From positions 96,001 through 160,000 of the forward strand of contig JBBRSP010000004.1 in NCBI GenBank assembly GCA_038245295.1: DNA of 64,000 nucleotides, written 5' to 3'. Below are positions 26,873 through 36,504 of this stretch, piece by piece. A program made the translations under genes and the position numbers. The number at the start of each line of letters is the position of its first letter. The first letter of the stretch is position 1. The DNA comes from Candidatus Binatia bacterium (GTDB taxonomy: Bacteria; Desulfobacterota; Binatia; HRBIN30). A model generated the notes under the pieces. That model worked only from the letters and a program-made list of their open reading frames with translations, had not been told where the DNA came from and did no database searches.

Positions 26873-27982
26873 CTAATGTAGGTGGGAAGGTGCGGGCTTG
26901 CGAACGCTGGCCGCAAACTCGGTCGGCACAGAAACAATCTGCGCCTCACCAAGCTCGCTGAACAACTCGTACGGCCGCACGAATTGCTGCAGGAAACCGG
27001 CCATCACCTCGTATTGCGAGCGATAGGCGCCGAGGGCCGACGACTTGCGCGCTTGTTGGCTCGGACTGACGGCAACGTGCACCCAAGGTGTATTCGAGAG
27101 ACTGCGCCACGCCGTTGGCGTTCCGCCGACGCCCATACCGATCAACCGCCGGCTCCACGTCGGCGAGGACGGGTAATCCGTCATGTGCACCAAGTATCCA
27201 AGCACGCGGACGTTGCCGATCTTGTCGTTTGACTCCTGCCGCACCCGACGCAGGGCATCGAGAACGAACACGGCCGTCGAACAGTGGTCGGGATGTTGGT
27301 CGCGCGGATCCGGGGTTACGATGATCGTCGGACGAAAGCTGCGAATCTTGGCTTCGACCGCTTCGACGAGATCGTTGCCGACATACTCCAGCTCCGAGCG
27401 CTGCGAAGGCGCACCGGGCGGCCGGCTAAGCTGCGTAAATGGCGATACATAGGGACGATCGTCGGACCAGTAGTCGGCCCACAGGTCATCCAGACCACCG
27501 TCCGGAAACGAGAGGAACTCAACGTCTTCTGCCGTGAGACCAAGTCGCTGCACGGCCGTAACGGCCTCATCGCGGCGCATCGACCCGTAAGCGCGGAATT
27601 CAGCGCTCGACGGCGGTGCGTGATGAGTATGATGCACGACGCCATCGACGTACCCATCGCCGTTCGTCATGACGACTACGTGAACCGTGGCCCCCTGAGC
27701 CAGTGCTTGCTGCAACAGGCCGCCGGTCCCCAGCGTTTCGTCATCGGGGTGGGGAGCGAATACCAAGATCCGCGCCCGCGGCGGTAGCTGTAACTCCTGC
27801 GGAGCAAACCCGAGTGCGGTCGGAGGCACCAGATTGTCGCCTGCCACCCCCAGAGGGGCCGCCAGTCTTGGACCCGCTGTACCAACAAACGGTACGTTTC
27901 GATCGGCTGGTTCCAAAGCCAGCGCCAACGTTGGCGCCAGACAAGCCAGTACAAAAACGCTGAAGCGATGAAGGTGGCCCAT
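26873..27982 (-). CDS. Secreted PIG-L family deacetylase
   Basis: Signal peptide, APHPDDE, HPDH. Confidence 0.9.
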   Translation of the reverse strand: MGHLHRFSVFVLACLAPTLALALEPADRNVPFVGTAGPRLAAPLGVAGDNLVPPTALGFAPQELQLPPRARILVFAPHPDDETLGTGGLLQQALAQGATVHVVVMTNGDGYVDGVVHHTHHAPPSSAEFRAYGSMRRDEAVTAVQRLGLTAEDVEFLSFPDGGLDDLWADYWSDDRPYVSPFTQLSRPPGAPSQRSELEYVGNDLVEAVEAKIRSFRPTIIVTPDPRDQHPDHCSTAVFVLDALRRVRQESNDKIGNVRVLGYLVHMTDYPSSPTWSRRLIGMGVGGTPTAWRSLSNTPWVHVAVSPSQQARKSSALGAYRSQYEVMAGFLQQFVRPYELFSELGEAQIVSVPTEFAASVRKPAPSHLH

Positions 27983-27999
27983 GATGTTCGTCTAGTTTT

Positions 28000-28452
28000 C
28001 TACTTGCGGTCGTCCGAAACCGCCGCCGCGGTGACGCTCAGTTGTTTATCGATCGCCCGAGCGTGCAACTGAGCGTCGATGCGCGTGAACAATTCACGTC
28101 GATTGATGGGTTTGGTCAGATACTCGCTGACCCCGAGAGACATGCCGCGTGAACGGGTCTCGATGTCGTCTTTGGCTGTCAACAGAATCACCGGGATACG
28201 GCGCAGACGCTCGTCGGCACGTAAAGATTCACAGACTTGCAAGCCGTCCATGTCCGGCATCATGACATCGAGCAAGATGACATCGACCGTTTGCAAAGCG
28301 AGCGTTTCCAACGCCACCTTGCCGCCGCCCGCGCTCACCGTCGAGTAGCCTTCGCGCGCCAACATGCGCGTCAGGATTTCAACCGCATTCGGGTCGTCAT
28401 CGACGACCAGGATGCGGCCTTTAGATGGAACTGTCGTCTCCGGCACGCTCAT
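28000..28452 (-). CDS. Single-domain response regulator
   Basis: ILVVDD, LLDVMMPDMDG, LTA, KP. Confidence 0.92.
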   Translation of the reverse strand: MSVPETTVPSKGRILVVDDDPNAVEILTRMLAREGYSTVSAGGGKVALETLALQTVDVILLDVMMPDMDGLQVCESLRADERLRRIPVILLTAKDDIETRSRGMSLGVSEYLTKPINRRELFTRIDAQLHARAIDKQLSVTAAAVSDDRK

Positions 28453-29429
28453 AAGACGTATCCTTGCGGGGCACCAGGTTGTTTGCGGCGCAGCTTGGCG
28501 ACCAATGTCGTCCGTTTCAAGCCCAATAATCGCGCCGCCGCCTGTTTGTTGCCTTTGGTGCGACGCAAAGCTTCGTCGATCAGCCGGTATTCAAACTCTT
28601 CAACAGCTTGGTTTAGATCAATTCCCTCATCCGTCAGGGTCGGGCGAGGAATCTTCTTGTCGGAGATGAACGAACGAATGTTGGGCGGCAGGTTCTCAAC
28701 TCGAATCGCCCCGTCATCGCTCAGGATGACCAGACGTTCGATAAGGTTTTCCAGCTCACGCACGTTGCCCGGCCAGTCGTACTCCCAGAGGTGCACCATC
28801 GCCTCTTCCCAGATGCGCACCGGAGCGCCGGGTCGTTGTTGGTTGTGGCGCTCGAGGAAGTGCTGGACCAGCAGGGGGATATCCGAGCGTCGCTCACGCA
28901 GCGGCGGAACCGTGATCGGGATAACCTGAAGGCGGTAGAAGAGGTCTTCGCGAAACCGCCCCTTCTCAACCTCCGTACCAAGGTCGCGATTGCTGGCCGC
29001 GATGACCCGAACATCGACCTTGATTGTTCGGTCAGCACCGACAGGGCGGATCTCGCGTTCCTGCAAAACGCGCAGCAGTTTGACCTGCAGCGCCGGCGTC
29101 ATCTCACCGATCTCGTCGAGGAAAATGCTGCCGCCGCTCGCCAATTGGAACAGCCCCATACGGGCACCAACGGCGCCGGTGAAAGCCCCGCGTTCGTGGC
29201 CGAACATCTCGGACTCGAGCAGATCTGGTGGGATCGCCCCGCAATTCACCGCAATGAACGGGTTATTTGCGCGCTTGCTATGCGTATGTATGAACCGAGC
29301 GATCAGCTCCTTGCCGGTTCCGCTTTCACCGGCGATCAGAACTGTTGAATCGGTAACGGCGACCCTCTGACAAACATTGAGGATCTTCTCCATTACCGGA
29401 TGGTTTCCTTTTACGAGTTGGCCTTCCAT
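28449..29429 (-). CDS. sigma54-dependent enhancer-binding protein lacking an N-terminal input domain
   Basis: GESGTGKE, GAFTGA, WPGNVREL, Fis-type HTH; AAA+ domain starts at about residue 5. Confidence 0.92.
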   Translation of the reverse strand: MEGQLVKGNHPVMEKILNVCQRVAVTDSTVLIAGESGTGKELIARFIHTHSKRANNPFIAVNCGAIPPDLLESEMFGHERGAFTGAVGARMGLFQLASGGSIFLDEIGEMTPALQVKLLRVLQEREIRPVGADRTIKVDVRVIAASNRDLGTEVEKGRFREDLFYRLQVIPITVPPLRERRSDIPLLVQHFLERHNQQRPGAPVRIWEEAMVHLWEYDWPGNVRELENLIERLVILSDDGAIRVENLPPNIRSFISDKKIPRPTLTDEGIDLNQAVEEFEYRLIDEALRRTKGNKQAAARLLGLKRTTLVAKLRRKQPGAPQGYVL

Positions 29430-29436
29430 CGGTATG

Positions 29437-29452
29437 TGTCAAAAAGTTAACA
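29437..29452. promoter_or_regulatory. Imperfect palindrome, candidate autoregulatory site
   Basis: TGTCAA-AAAG-TTAACA immediately upstream of the activator ATG. Confidence 0.35.
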
Positions 29453-29552
29453 GCGAAGTGGCCGCACAGCAAGACTGAATCTCTCGATTGAGGGCCTTGG
29501 TTTGCCCGAAGCGTCGGTGTTGCTATGCAGCGGCGCGAGGAGATCAGCATTC

Positions 29553-30272
29553 ATGCGAGGAGACGGCCGTACCCCGGACCAACTGCGCCCGACGAAAATC
29601 ACCCCCCATTTCATCCGCCATGCGACAGGGTCGGTACTCATCGAGGTCGGCGACACGCGTGTCATCTGCACCGCCAATGTGGAGGAATCGGTCCCGCCCT
29701 TCCTCAAAGATAGCGGCCGTGGCTGGATCACCGCGGAATACGGCATGTTGCCGGGCAGCAGTAACGAGCGTATCGCGCGCGAGTCGACACGTGGCAAAGT
29801 CGGCGGACGCACCCACGAGATTCAACGCCTGATCGGACGCAGCCTGCGCACGGTCATTGATCTTTCGCGCCTCGGGTCGCGAACCATCTGGATCGACTGC
29901 GATGTCATCGAAGCCGACGGCGGCACACGAACCGCTTCAATCACCGGCGCCTACGTCGCTCTTTCGCTGGCGGTGCAGAAGCTCAAGCTCAACGGATTGC
30001 TCAGCGTCGACCCGCTGATTCGCTCAGTCGCTGCAGTCAGCGTGGGTATCGTCGGTGGCGAAGCACTCCTCGATCTTTGTTACGCCGAAGACTCGAAAGC
30101 CGACGTCGACATGAATTTCGTGATGACCGGCGACGGCAAGTTCGTCGAGGTTCAGGGAACCGCCGAAGCCGAACCATTCTCCAAGTCCCAACTGGAGCAA
30201 TTGAACGATCTGGCCTGGCGCGGCATCGCCGAGCTTACGCGGCTGCAACGAGAAGCCCTGGCTGCCGCCTGA
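29553..30272 (+). CDS. rph: Ribonuclease PH
   Basis: [43 protein letters not shown]. Confidence 0.97.
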   Translation: MRGDGRTPDQLRPTKITPHFIRHATGSVLIEVGDTRVICTANVEESVPPFLKDSGRGWITAEYGMLPGSSNERIARESTRGKVGGRTHEIQRLIGRSLRTVIDLSRLGSRTIWIDCDVIEADGGTRTASITGAYVALSLAVQKLKLNGLLSVDPLIRSVAAVSVGIVGGEALLDLCYAEDSKADVDMNFVMTGDGKFVEVQGTAEAEPFSKSQLEQLNDLAWRGIAELTRLQREALAAA

Positions 30273-30493
30273 TCGTTTGCCATGCAATTTCGCATCCTGC
30301 GAGCGCCCCGGCGACGCACCAGGAAGCCCCAGGATCGACGATCACCGACCAGGATGAGTGTACCTAGCCACCCAAACTCAACGTTTTTTGGCAATTTGAC
30401 GCGGCGCCCCTTGGAAACATTGAGTTTTCCGAGTGCTGGTCGAGCCGTCACAGCATCGGGATGTCGAATTTGCGCTACATCATAAATGCTAAC

Positions 30494-31132
30494 ATGGAAG
30501 AACGCATAACGACCACTCAACGCGATCTCCTCATCGCCACTACCAACCTGGGCAAGCAACGCGAATTCGATCGACTGCTCGGCGCGCTGCCGCTGCGTGT
30601 TCAAAGTCTTCGTGACCATCCCGGTGCACCTCCCGTCGACGAGACGGGAGCAACGTACCTGGAGAATGCCACGCTCAAGGCGATCACGACTGCCCGCTGG
30701 TCAGGCCTGCTCACCCTGGCGGACGACTCGGGCTTGGAGGTCGAGGCTCTTCATGGCGCTCCGGGGGTCCACTCGGCGCGCTACGCCGGACCACAGCAGG
30801 ACGACTCGGCCAATGTTCGCAAGCTCCTCGCCGCACTGGATGGCCTCGGACTCACAGAGGCGCAGCGCAGCGCACGCTTTCGCTGTGTTATCGTAGTGGC
30901 CACGCCGCAGGGCACGATCTGCTCGGCTGAAGGAACGTGCGACGGTCTCATCGCGCTCACCCCAGCGGGATGCGACGGCTTCGGTTACGATCCTGTATTT
31001 TTCTCGCCAACAGACGGCTGCACCTTCGCCCAACTCGACGCCATGGCGAAGAACGCGGTTAGCCATCGCGCCGCCGCCTGCCGGGTTTTGGTCGAGCGTC
31101 TTCCCGCGTTCTTGAAAACAATCGCTGATTGA
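30494..31132 (+). CDS. rdgB: dITP/XTP pyrophosphatase
   Basis: ATTN.GK, ADDSGL, GFGYDP, SHR. Confidence 0.95.
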   Translation: MEERITTTQRDLLIATTNLGKQREFDRLLGALPLRVQSLRDHPGAPPVDETGATYLENATLKAITTARWSGLLTLADDSGLEVEALHGAPGVHSARYAGPQQDDSANVRKLLAALDGLGLTEAQRSARFRCVIVVATPQGTICSAEGTCDGLIALTPAGCDGFGYDPVFFSPTDGCTFAQLDAMAKNAVSHRAAACRVLVERLPAFLKTIAD

Positions 31133-31211
31133 ATTGGCATAGGGGCTTTGGTAACCCGACCCCGTTTGGTAGCGGTTCCGCCGCGGACGGCACGAGTGCA
31201 CGAAAACGAAT

Positions 31212-31285
31212 CGGGGTGTAGCGCAGACTGGTAGCGCACCTGCCTTGGGCGCAGGGGGTCGCAGGTTCAAATCCTGTCACCCCGA
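31212..31285 (+). tRNA. tRNA-Pro(TGG)
   Basis: Cloverleaf; anticodon arm cctgc-ctTGGgc-gcagg; CCA not encoded. Confidence 0.95.
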
Positions 31286-31333
31286 CTTTTTTCGCAGCTC
31301 GTCACGATCACAAGGGGCGCCACCGCACTCCAT

Positions 31334-31407
31334 GCGCCAGTAGCTCATCTGGATAGAGCAACGGCCTTCTAAGCCGTAGGTAGGGCGTTCGAGCCGCCCC
31401 TGGCGCA
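31334..31407 (+). tRNA. tRNA-Arg(TCT)
   Basis: Cloverleaf; anticodon arm acggc-ctTCTaa-gccgt. Confidence 0.95.
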
Positions 31408-31476
31408 CAACTCCCTCACCTTCTCGATCTTGGGCTGTTCCGAGTACAATCAAATTCGTGTACTCCCGGGGGCAGA

Positions 31477-32976
31477 ATGTTTGCACCGAACCAACACACG
31501 AAGCCGAGGCTCCGAGGGTCGCGACGTCTGCTGACGGTGTCGCTGTTGCTCATCGCCGGCGGCGCGCCGATTGCCGCGGTCGCGCAGACCAATCCGCCGC
31601 TGGTCGTGACGACAACGGCAGACACGGATGCCCCGTGCGGCGCCGCGTCGTGCACCCTGCGCGCCGCCATCAACGCCGCCAACGCGCGTCCCGGAGCGGA
31701 TCTCATCACCTTCGCGATTCCCGGTAGCGATCCGGGCTGCGAGCAGGATGAAACCTGCACGATCGAGCCGAACGATGCGCTGCCGACCCTGACCGACGCG
31801 GCGACGACGATCGATGGGTTCTCGCAACCCGGAGCGCATCCCAACACGCATACCGGGGTACCACTCGACGCCGTCTGGAAGATCGTCATCGACGGCGTCG
31901 GGCTTGATCAATGCTGCTCCCCCGGCCTCCACAGTCAGGGCCGCAACGTGCGACTGCGCGGCCTACACGTCCAACACTTCTACGATGGCATCTACATCGA
32001 CGACGCCGAGGGCAATCACGTCGAAGGCAATCTGATCAGCAACAATCATTGCGTCGGCGCACTCCTCTCCGGTGTCGACGGCGGACCCGGCGCGATCAGC
32101 AACGTAGTCGGTGGTGCCGATGCGGACACGCGCAATGTCATCGGCGGCAACGGCTGTGTCGGTGTGGCGCTCGGCACCGGGCACTTCAATCATGTCCTCG
32201 GGAACCTCATCGGCGTTGATCCCAGCGGCACCGCGGCGTTTGCGAACGCCAGTGACGGCGTGCGCGCCTTCAGCACTGCCACGGCCGATCAGATCGGTGG
32301 CACGGGCAGCGGCGAACCCAACTTGATCGCCTTCAATCAGGAACAGGGCGTGCGCGTCGACGGCACCCATGGCGCCGCGCGCATCAGCATCAATCGCAAC
32401 AGCATCCACTCGAACCGTGACGGCGGTATCCTTCTCAGCTTCGGCGGTAACGCCGCCAAAACGGCGCCGATCATCGCCCAACACACCAGCACACAGGTGA
32501 GCGGCAGCGCCTGTCCCGGTTGCAGCGTCGAAGTGTACTCCGACGGCGCCAATCAGGGGCGCCTCTTCGAAGGAGCAACGGTCGCCGACAGCGCCGGCGC
32601 GTGGTCCGTCACTAGCGTCACACCGCTGCACGGACCTTACATCACGGCGACCAACACGGATGGGCTCGGGAACACTTCGGCATTTTCGATCGCCGTCCAA
32701 CTCGCTGCGCCAACCCCGACTGCAACCCACACCAACACCCCTCGACGCACGCCAACCGCCACCGCACCAGCGAGCACGCCGACGCCCCTACCCTGCCATG
32801 GCGATTGCGACGGCAACGGGGCCGTGACCATCGATGAGGTGATCCGCGGCATCAACATCGCCCTCGGCAGCCTGCAACTTGCCGTTTGCCCGCCCGCCGA
32901 TCTCAACCTCGAAGGCCAGGTAACAATCGACGAAATCATCAGCGCCGTAAATTCGGCACTGCAAGGCTGCGGCTGA
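31477..32976 (+). CDS. Secreted CSLREA/parallel beta-helix protein with C-terminal dockerin-like module
   Basis: CTLRAAI..AN motif, GN.I beta-helix repeats, T/P linker, duplicated D.D.NG.VTIDE..I..(I/V)N.AL. Confidence 0.85.
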   Translation: MFAPNQHTKPRLRGSRRLLTVSLLLIAGGAPIAAVAQTNPPLVVTTTADTDAPCGAASCTLRAAINAANARPGADLITFAIPGSDPGCEQDETCTIEPNDALPTLTDAATTIDGFSQPGAHPNTHTGVPLDAVWKIVIDGVGLDQCCSPGLHSQGRNVRLRGLHVQHFYDGIYIDDAEGNHVEGNLISNNHCVGALLSGVDGGPGAISNVVGGADADTRNVIGGNGCVGVALGTGHFNHVLGNLIGVDPSGTAAFANASDGVRAFSTATADQIGGTGSGEPNLIAFNQEQGVRVDGTHGAARISINRNSIHSNRDGGILLSFGGNAAKTAPIIAQHTSTQVSGSACPGCSVEVYSDGANQGRLFEGATVADSAGAWSVTSVTPLHGPYITATNTDGLGNTSAFSIAVQLAAPTPTATHTNTPRRTPTATAPASTPTPLPCHGDCDGNGAVTIDEVIRGINIALGSLQLAVCPPADLNLEGQVTIDEIISAVNSALQGCG

Positions 32977-32983
32977 ACGTGCG

Positions 32984-33119
32984 CCGCAGAGGCGCAGCGA
33001 CACCCACCACGCCAAGGAGATTTGTTCGCTCGAAGGTCCCCGTCGTGCACTCCTTTCGGTCGACCGTTGGTTGCTGTCGTTTCGGAAACAGCTTCCTCGG
33101 CGTCTCTGCGCCTCTGCGG
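32984..33119. repeat. REP/MITE-like element with 14-bp inverted ends
   Basis: ccgcagaggcgcag (32984-32997) and ctgcgcctctgcgg (33106-33119). Confidence 0.65.
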
Positions 33120-33233
33120 TAATTCCACGGCCCGAGTATCTGAGGCCACTCCCGGTCTTGCGCCGCATATTGGCTTTGCGTATTGGGTGGCTCGCCTGTG
33201 CGCTGTTTCCGGCGCATGCCTCAAGGCAACTGT

Positions 33234-33309
33234 GGTGGGTGTAGCTCAATGGTAGAGCACCGGATTGTGGCTCCGGGGGTTGAGGGTTCAAGCCCCTTCA
33301 CTCACCCCA
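33234..33309 (+). tRNA. tRNA-His(GTG)
   Basis: G-1, anticodon arm ccgga-ttGTGgc-tccgg, C discriminator, encoded CCA. Confidence 0.95.
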
Positions 33310-33389
33310 CTTTGCTCCTGTGATCGCAGAAGGCTGGCGACCGGACGGTTGGCTACTCCACGCCGCAGGCTTCAACCGGCGGACACACC

Positions 33390-34442
33390 TCACCCACCGC
33401 CTTTCACGGCGGCGATGATCTCGTGCACGTTGTGATCGATCGTCTGCACGTACTCCGTCGTTCCCGGCACCGCACCCGAAAGATGAGCCAGCGTCGCCAC
33501 GCGCGCTCCGGTGTTGTCCGCAACGAAACGGGCGTGGCGCGGATCGTAGTAGGGCGCCGCGATCAGCAAATGAACCTTGGCCTCCTGCATCTTGGCGATC
33601 AATTCGCCAAGATGACTCGTCGACGGCGGAATGCCTGGCTTCGGTTCGAGATGACCAAATAGCTCGAGTCCGAATCGCGCACTGAAATACGGCCAGATGT
33701 TGTGATCGTCGACGAACTTGGTGCCGCGATACGGCCGCACGGCGCCAAGCCAACCGGCTAGCTGCGGCGTGTCACCCTGCGACCCGAGGAATGCGTCGAG
33801 CTGTCCGTGGTCAGCCAGCAAAGCCAGTTTCATCACATCGTATTTCTTCGCCAACACTTCGCCGACCAGGGCGACCGCCACCTGATTTTTGAAAGCTGCA
33901 AATGCATTGGCGAACTGTCCCGCCAATTGCGGACGTAGCTCGGTGAGCTTGGCGCGCACGAGGTCCGCGACCTTCACGCCGTTGATCGGATCGGTCAGAT
34001 AGTGGGGGTTGCCGAACGGATGCACGTCGCCCATCGAGCGATCGACCGTCCCCGCCGGCACTTCCAGGGGTGTCACCGCTGTCGAACAATCGACGTAGCC
34101 GGGATTGCCAGGAAGGACGCGCGGATTGCGGGCGTTCTGCAGCAGCAGAGGCACATAGCCGACTTCCAACTCGAGACCGTTGAGCAGGAGCATGTCTGAC
34201 TCGCTGAGGATCTTGATGAAGCTCGGTTTGGCTTCGACGAAGTGCGGATCCTCGCCGCCCTTGATCATGACCGTTACGGCGACGGCGCTGCCGCCGATCG
34301 AGCGCGCGATGCTGCCCAGATCGGGCAGAGTCGCGAAGATTTTGATCGGCGCATCCGCACGCGCCGGGGTTGCCTGGACAACGGCGCAAAGCGCCAACAG
34401 CACGAGTACGAATCGTAGTCTCACCAGTGAATTGATCAACAT
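33390..34442 (-). CDS. Metal ABC-type substrate-binding protein (ZnuA/cluster A-I)
   Basis: DPHF, NGLELE, DVHPFGNPHY, EPKPGIPPS..HL. Confidence 0.92.
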   Translation of the reverse strand: MLINSLVRLRFVLVLLALCAVVQATPARADAPIKIFATLPDLGSIARSIGGSAVAVTVMIKGGEDPHFVEAKPSFIKILSESDMLLLNGLELEVGYVPLLLQNARNPRVLPGNPGYVDCSTAVTPLEVPAGTVDRSMGDVHPFGNPHYLTDPINGVKVADLVRAKLTELRPQLAGQFANAFAAFKNQVAVALVGEVLAKKYDVMKLALLADHGQLDAFLGSQGDTPQLAGWLGAVRPYRGTKFVDDHNIWPYFSARFGLELFGHLEPKPGIPPSTSHLGELIAKMQEAKVHLLIAAPYYDPRHARFVADNTGARVATLAHLSGAVPGTTEYVQTIDHNVHEIIAAVKGGG

Positions 34443-34451
34443 CGTCCGCTC

Positions 34452-36008
34452 CTAGTACTTGTGCGCCGGATGGGTGCCGTAGAGGATCTCGGCACCGAGC
34501 CAGACGGAATGCGCGGCGCGCCCATCGAGATGGCGTGCGTCGTCGTAATTGTATTGCAACCGCAACCGCGAAAACTCGCTGGGATGCCACACCAGCAGCG
34601 GCGAGAAACGAAACCGGTCATCCCGGTACGGGTCGTTTTCCCGCCCACCAACGCTCTGACTGCTGCCGCTGGCATACTCGACCCGCACACCCGTCGCCCA
34701 ACCGTAGTGGAACCCGTAGAGGAGCTGGCTGTAGAAACCATAGTCGCGCAGAATGTCGGCTCCGAGTGCGGCGGAGGCGGTGGGATCCAACGATGCGCTG
34801 GCAGGACTGATGGCGAGCTGATTCCCGGCGGCGGCGCTCGGCGCCGTCGCGCCCGACGAGTCCGCCGAATAGTCGCGCTTCATCACTTCGGTCTGCCAGA
34901 TCAGAAACGGCCAACCGCGGAAGTTGTCCTGCGGCCGCCAACGCAGCTTCATGTCGGCGCCGTAGATCCACGTCTCGGCCTGCGAGCCGGTCGTGTTCGG
35001 TCCGTGCAAACCCGACACACCCGCCTTCACGCCAACATCGTTCCCAAGCTCGACGAAGTTCTCCCAACGCGCCAGGTACAGCATGTCCTTCATGGCGCGC
35101 ACACTGCGATCGGTGCCTGGCCGGCCACCAATCCCCTGCCCCGCCAGGAAACTCGTCGTCGTCGCACCTTCGTCGGAGTTCTGGATGCCACCGGTCACCT
35201 CGGAGAACCATCCAACGGGTAACAACCAGGCGACGCGTGCCCCGGGGGCGCGCATTCCATCCCCCGCGAACAGGCGCGTGTTGATGATCGGTTGATCAAT
35301 CCAGTCCCACGCATGCGGATGGGTCGCATTCACGAGGCCGAACTCGCTGAGGAAGTGGCCGGCTTTGACTTGCAACCCGTATGGCAGCGAGGTCGTGGTC
35401 ATGAACGCTTCCTCGAGCTCGACGCCGCTCGGCGTAAAGACAATGTGTGCTTCGCCGTTGAAGTAGGGGTCGACGGCACCCATCAGCGACAACTCGGCTT
35501 GCTGCAGCGTGAAGCCGCGGCGATCCGGATCGTGGCCGCCTCCCTCAAGGTTGGACAGCTCGGCGTTGTCGGCGGTCGAAGTACCACCCGCCACCAGGGT
35601 GTCGAAGGACACATCGACGAGGCGGATCTTGCCGCCGCCGACCGGGCGCGACCACAAGTCTGGGCTCGCGCCGGATGCCGGCGCCGCACCGAGACCGGCG
35701 ACGGCGCGATCGAGCGCACTTGCCGCGTCGTCGGGTTTGGCCGCTTCTTCCGGTTTCGGCGATGCCGCCGCCACAGGCGCCACCGGCGATTCCGCCAGCG
35801 CAGTGCTCAGTTTGTCTACCTTGCGTTGCAGCTCATCGAGCTGACGCTGCTTCTCCGCCTCGCCGCGACGCAGCGTTTCAACTTCCTGCCGCAGAGCCTT
35901 CAGCTCACTTTCCACATCTGCCGCCTGGGCAACACGAGCCAGACCCAGGCCGGCAGCAACAACGGCGACCACAAGTGCCACTCGCTGTCGAATCCCGCGC
36001 AACCTCAT
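34452..36008 (-). CDS. Outer-membrane beta-barrel (zinc-regulated porin/receptor-like)
   Basis: Signal peptide, coiled coil, GAVDPYF, HPHAW, SEFSRLRLQY, ends GTHPAHKY; RBS AAGGAGG. Confidence 0.85.
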   Translation of the reverse strand: MRLRGIRQRVALVVAVVAAGLGLARVAQAADVESELKALRQEVETLRRGEAEKQRQLDELQRKVDKLSTALAESPVAPVAAASPKPEEAAKPDDAASALDRAVAGLGAAPASGASPDLWSRPVGGGKIRLVDVSFDTLVAGGTSTADNAELSNLEGGGHDPDRRGFTLQQAELSLMGAVDPYFNGEAHIVFTPSGVELEEAFMTTTSLPYGLQVKAGHFLSEFGLVNATHPHAWDWIDQPIINTRLFAGDGMRAPGARVAWLLPVGWFSEVTGGIQNSDEGATTTSFLAGQGIGGRPGTDRSVRAMKDMLYLARWENFVELGNDVGVKAGVSGLHGPNTTGSQAETWIYGADMKLRWRPQDNFRGWPFLIWQTEVMKRDYSADSSGATAPSAAAGNQLAISPASASLDPTASAALGADILRDYGFYSQLLYGFHYGWATGVRVEYASGSSQSVGGRENDPYRDDRFRFSPLLVWHPSEFSRLRLQYNYDDARHLDGRAAHSVWLGAEILYGTHPAHKY

Positions 36009-36102
36009 CGCATCCTCCTTGGCGCGCGCCGGCCCACGGGCCAACGCAAAGCCGCGCGCACGAATTTGTGCGCGCTCCGATCATCAAGAATGGGAGTGTG
36101 AG

Positions 36103-36504
36103 TTACGCGCGCGCCGGTGGCGCTCGTGGAGAACTGGGTGAACGGAAGGCGGACTCGGCGATCGCGGCACCGCCGGTTGTCGGCGAGCCACCTTTGAGCG
36201 CGACCAGCCCTGCCAGCCATGCGACCGACGGCAAGGTCGGCGCCGAGTGGTGCGCCACCTGACAGATCGGACACGCCGACGCATCGTGCGGCGACGCATG
36301 GTGCTGCATGTCCGCCGGATGACCGCAAACATTGGTGCCACCCGTCGCGGCAACCGCCGTCTTGCAAGCAAGCTCTGCCTGATCCTCGGTAACCGAAGCC
36401 AGGTGCAGACTTACGTTGGCAAGCTGAAGGACGATCGCGCAGAGAGCGGCGCCGGTTGCAAATTGCCGACGCCAAGAGGCGCGGCGCAAGTATGTCGAAT
36501 GCAC
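36103..36504 (-). CDS. DUF2946-like leader protein with CxxC and C-terminal RAPP
   Basis: Signal-like N-terminus, HH..H...CPICQ..HH, ends PRAPPARA; start uncertain (36504 or 36561). Confidence 0.75.
   Translation of the reverse strand: MHSTYLRRASWRRQFATGAALCAIVLQLANVSLHLASVTEDQAELACKTAVAATGGTNVCGHPADMQHHASPHDASACPICQVAHHSAPTLPSVAWLAGLVALKGGSPTTGGAAIAESAFRSPSSPRAPPARA

Noticed and set aside
31285..33400. Prophage or integrative element at the tRNAs
   Set aside because: No integrase, phage genes or att-like duplication of tRNA 3' ends.
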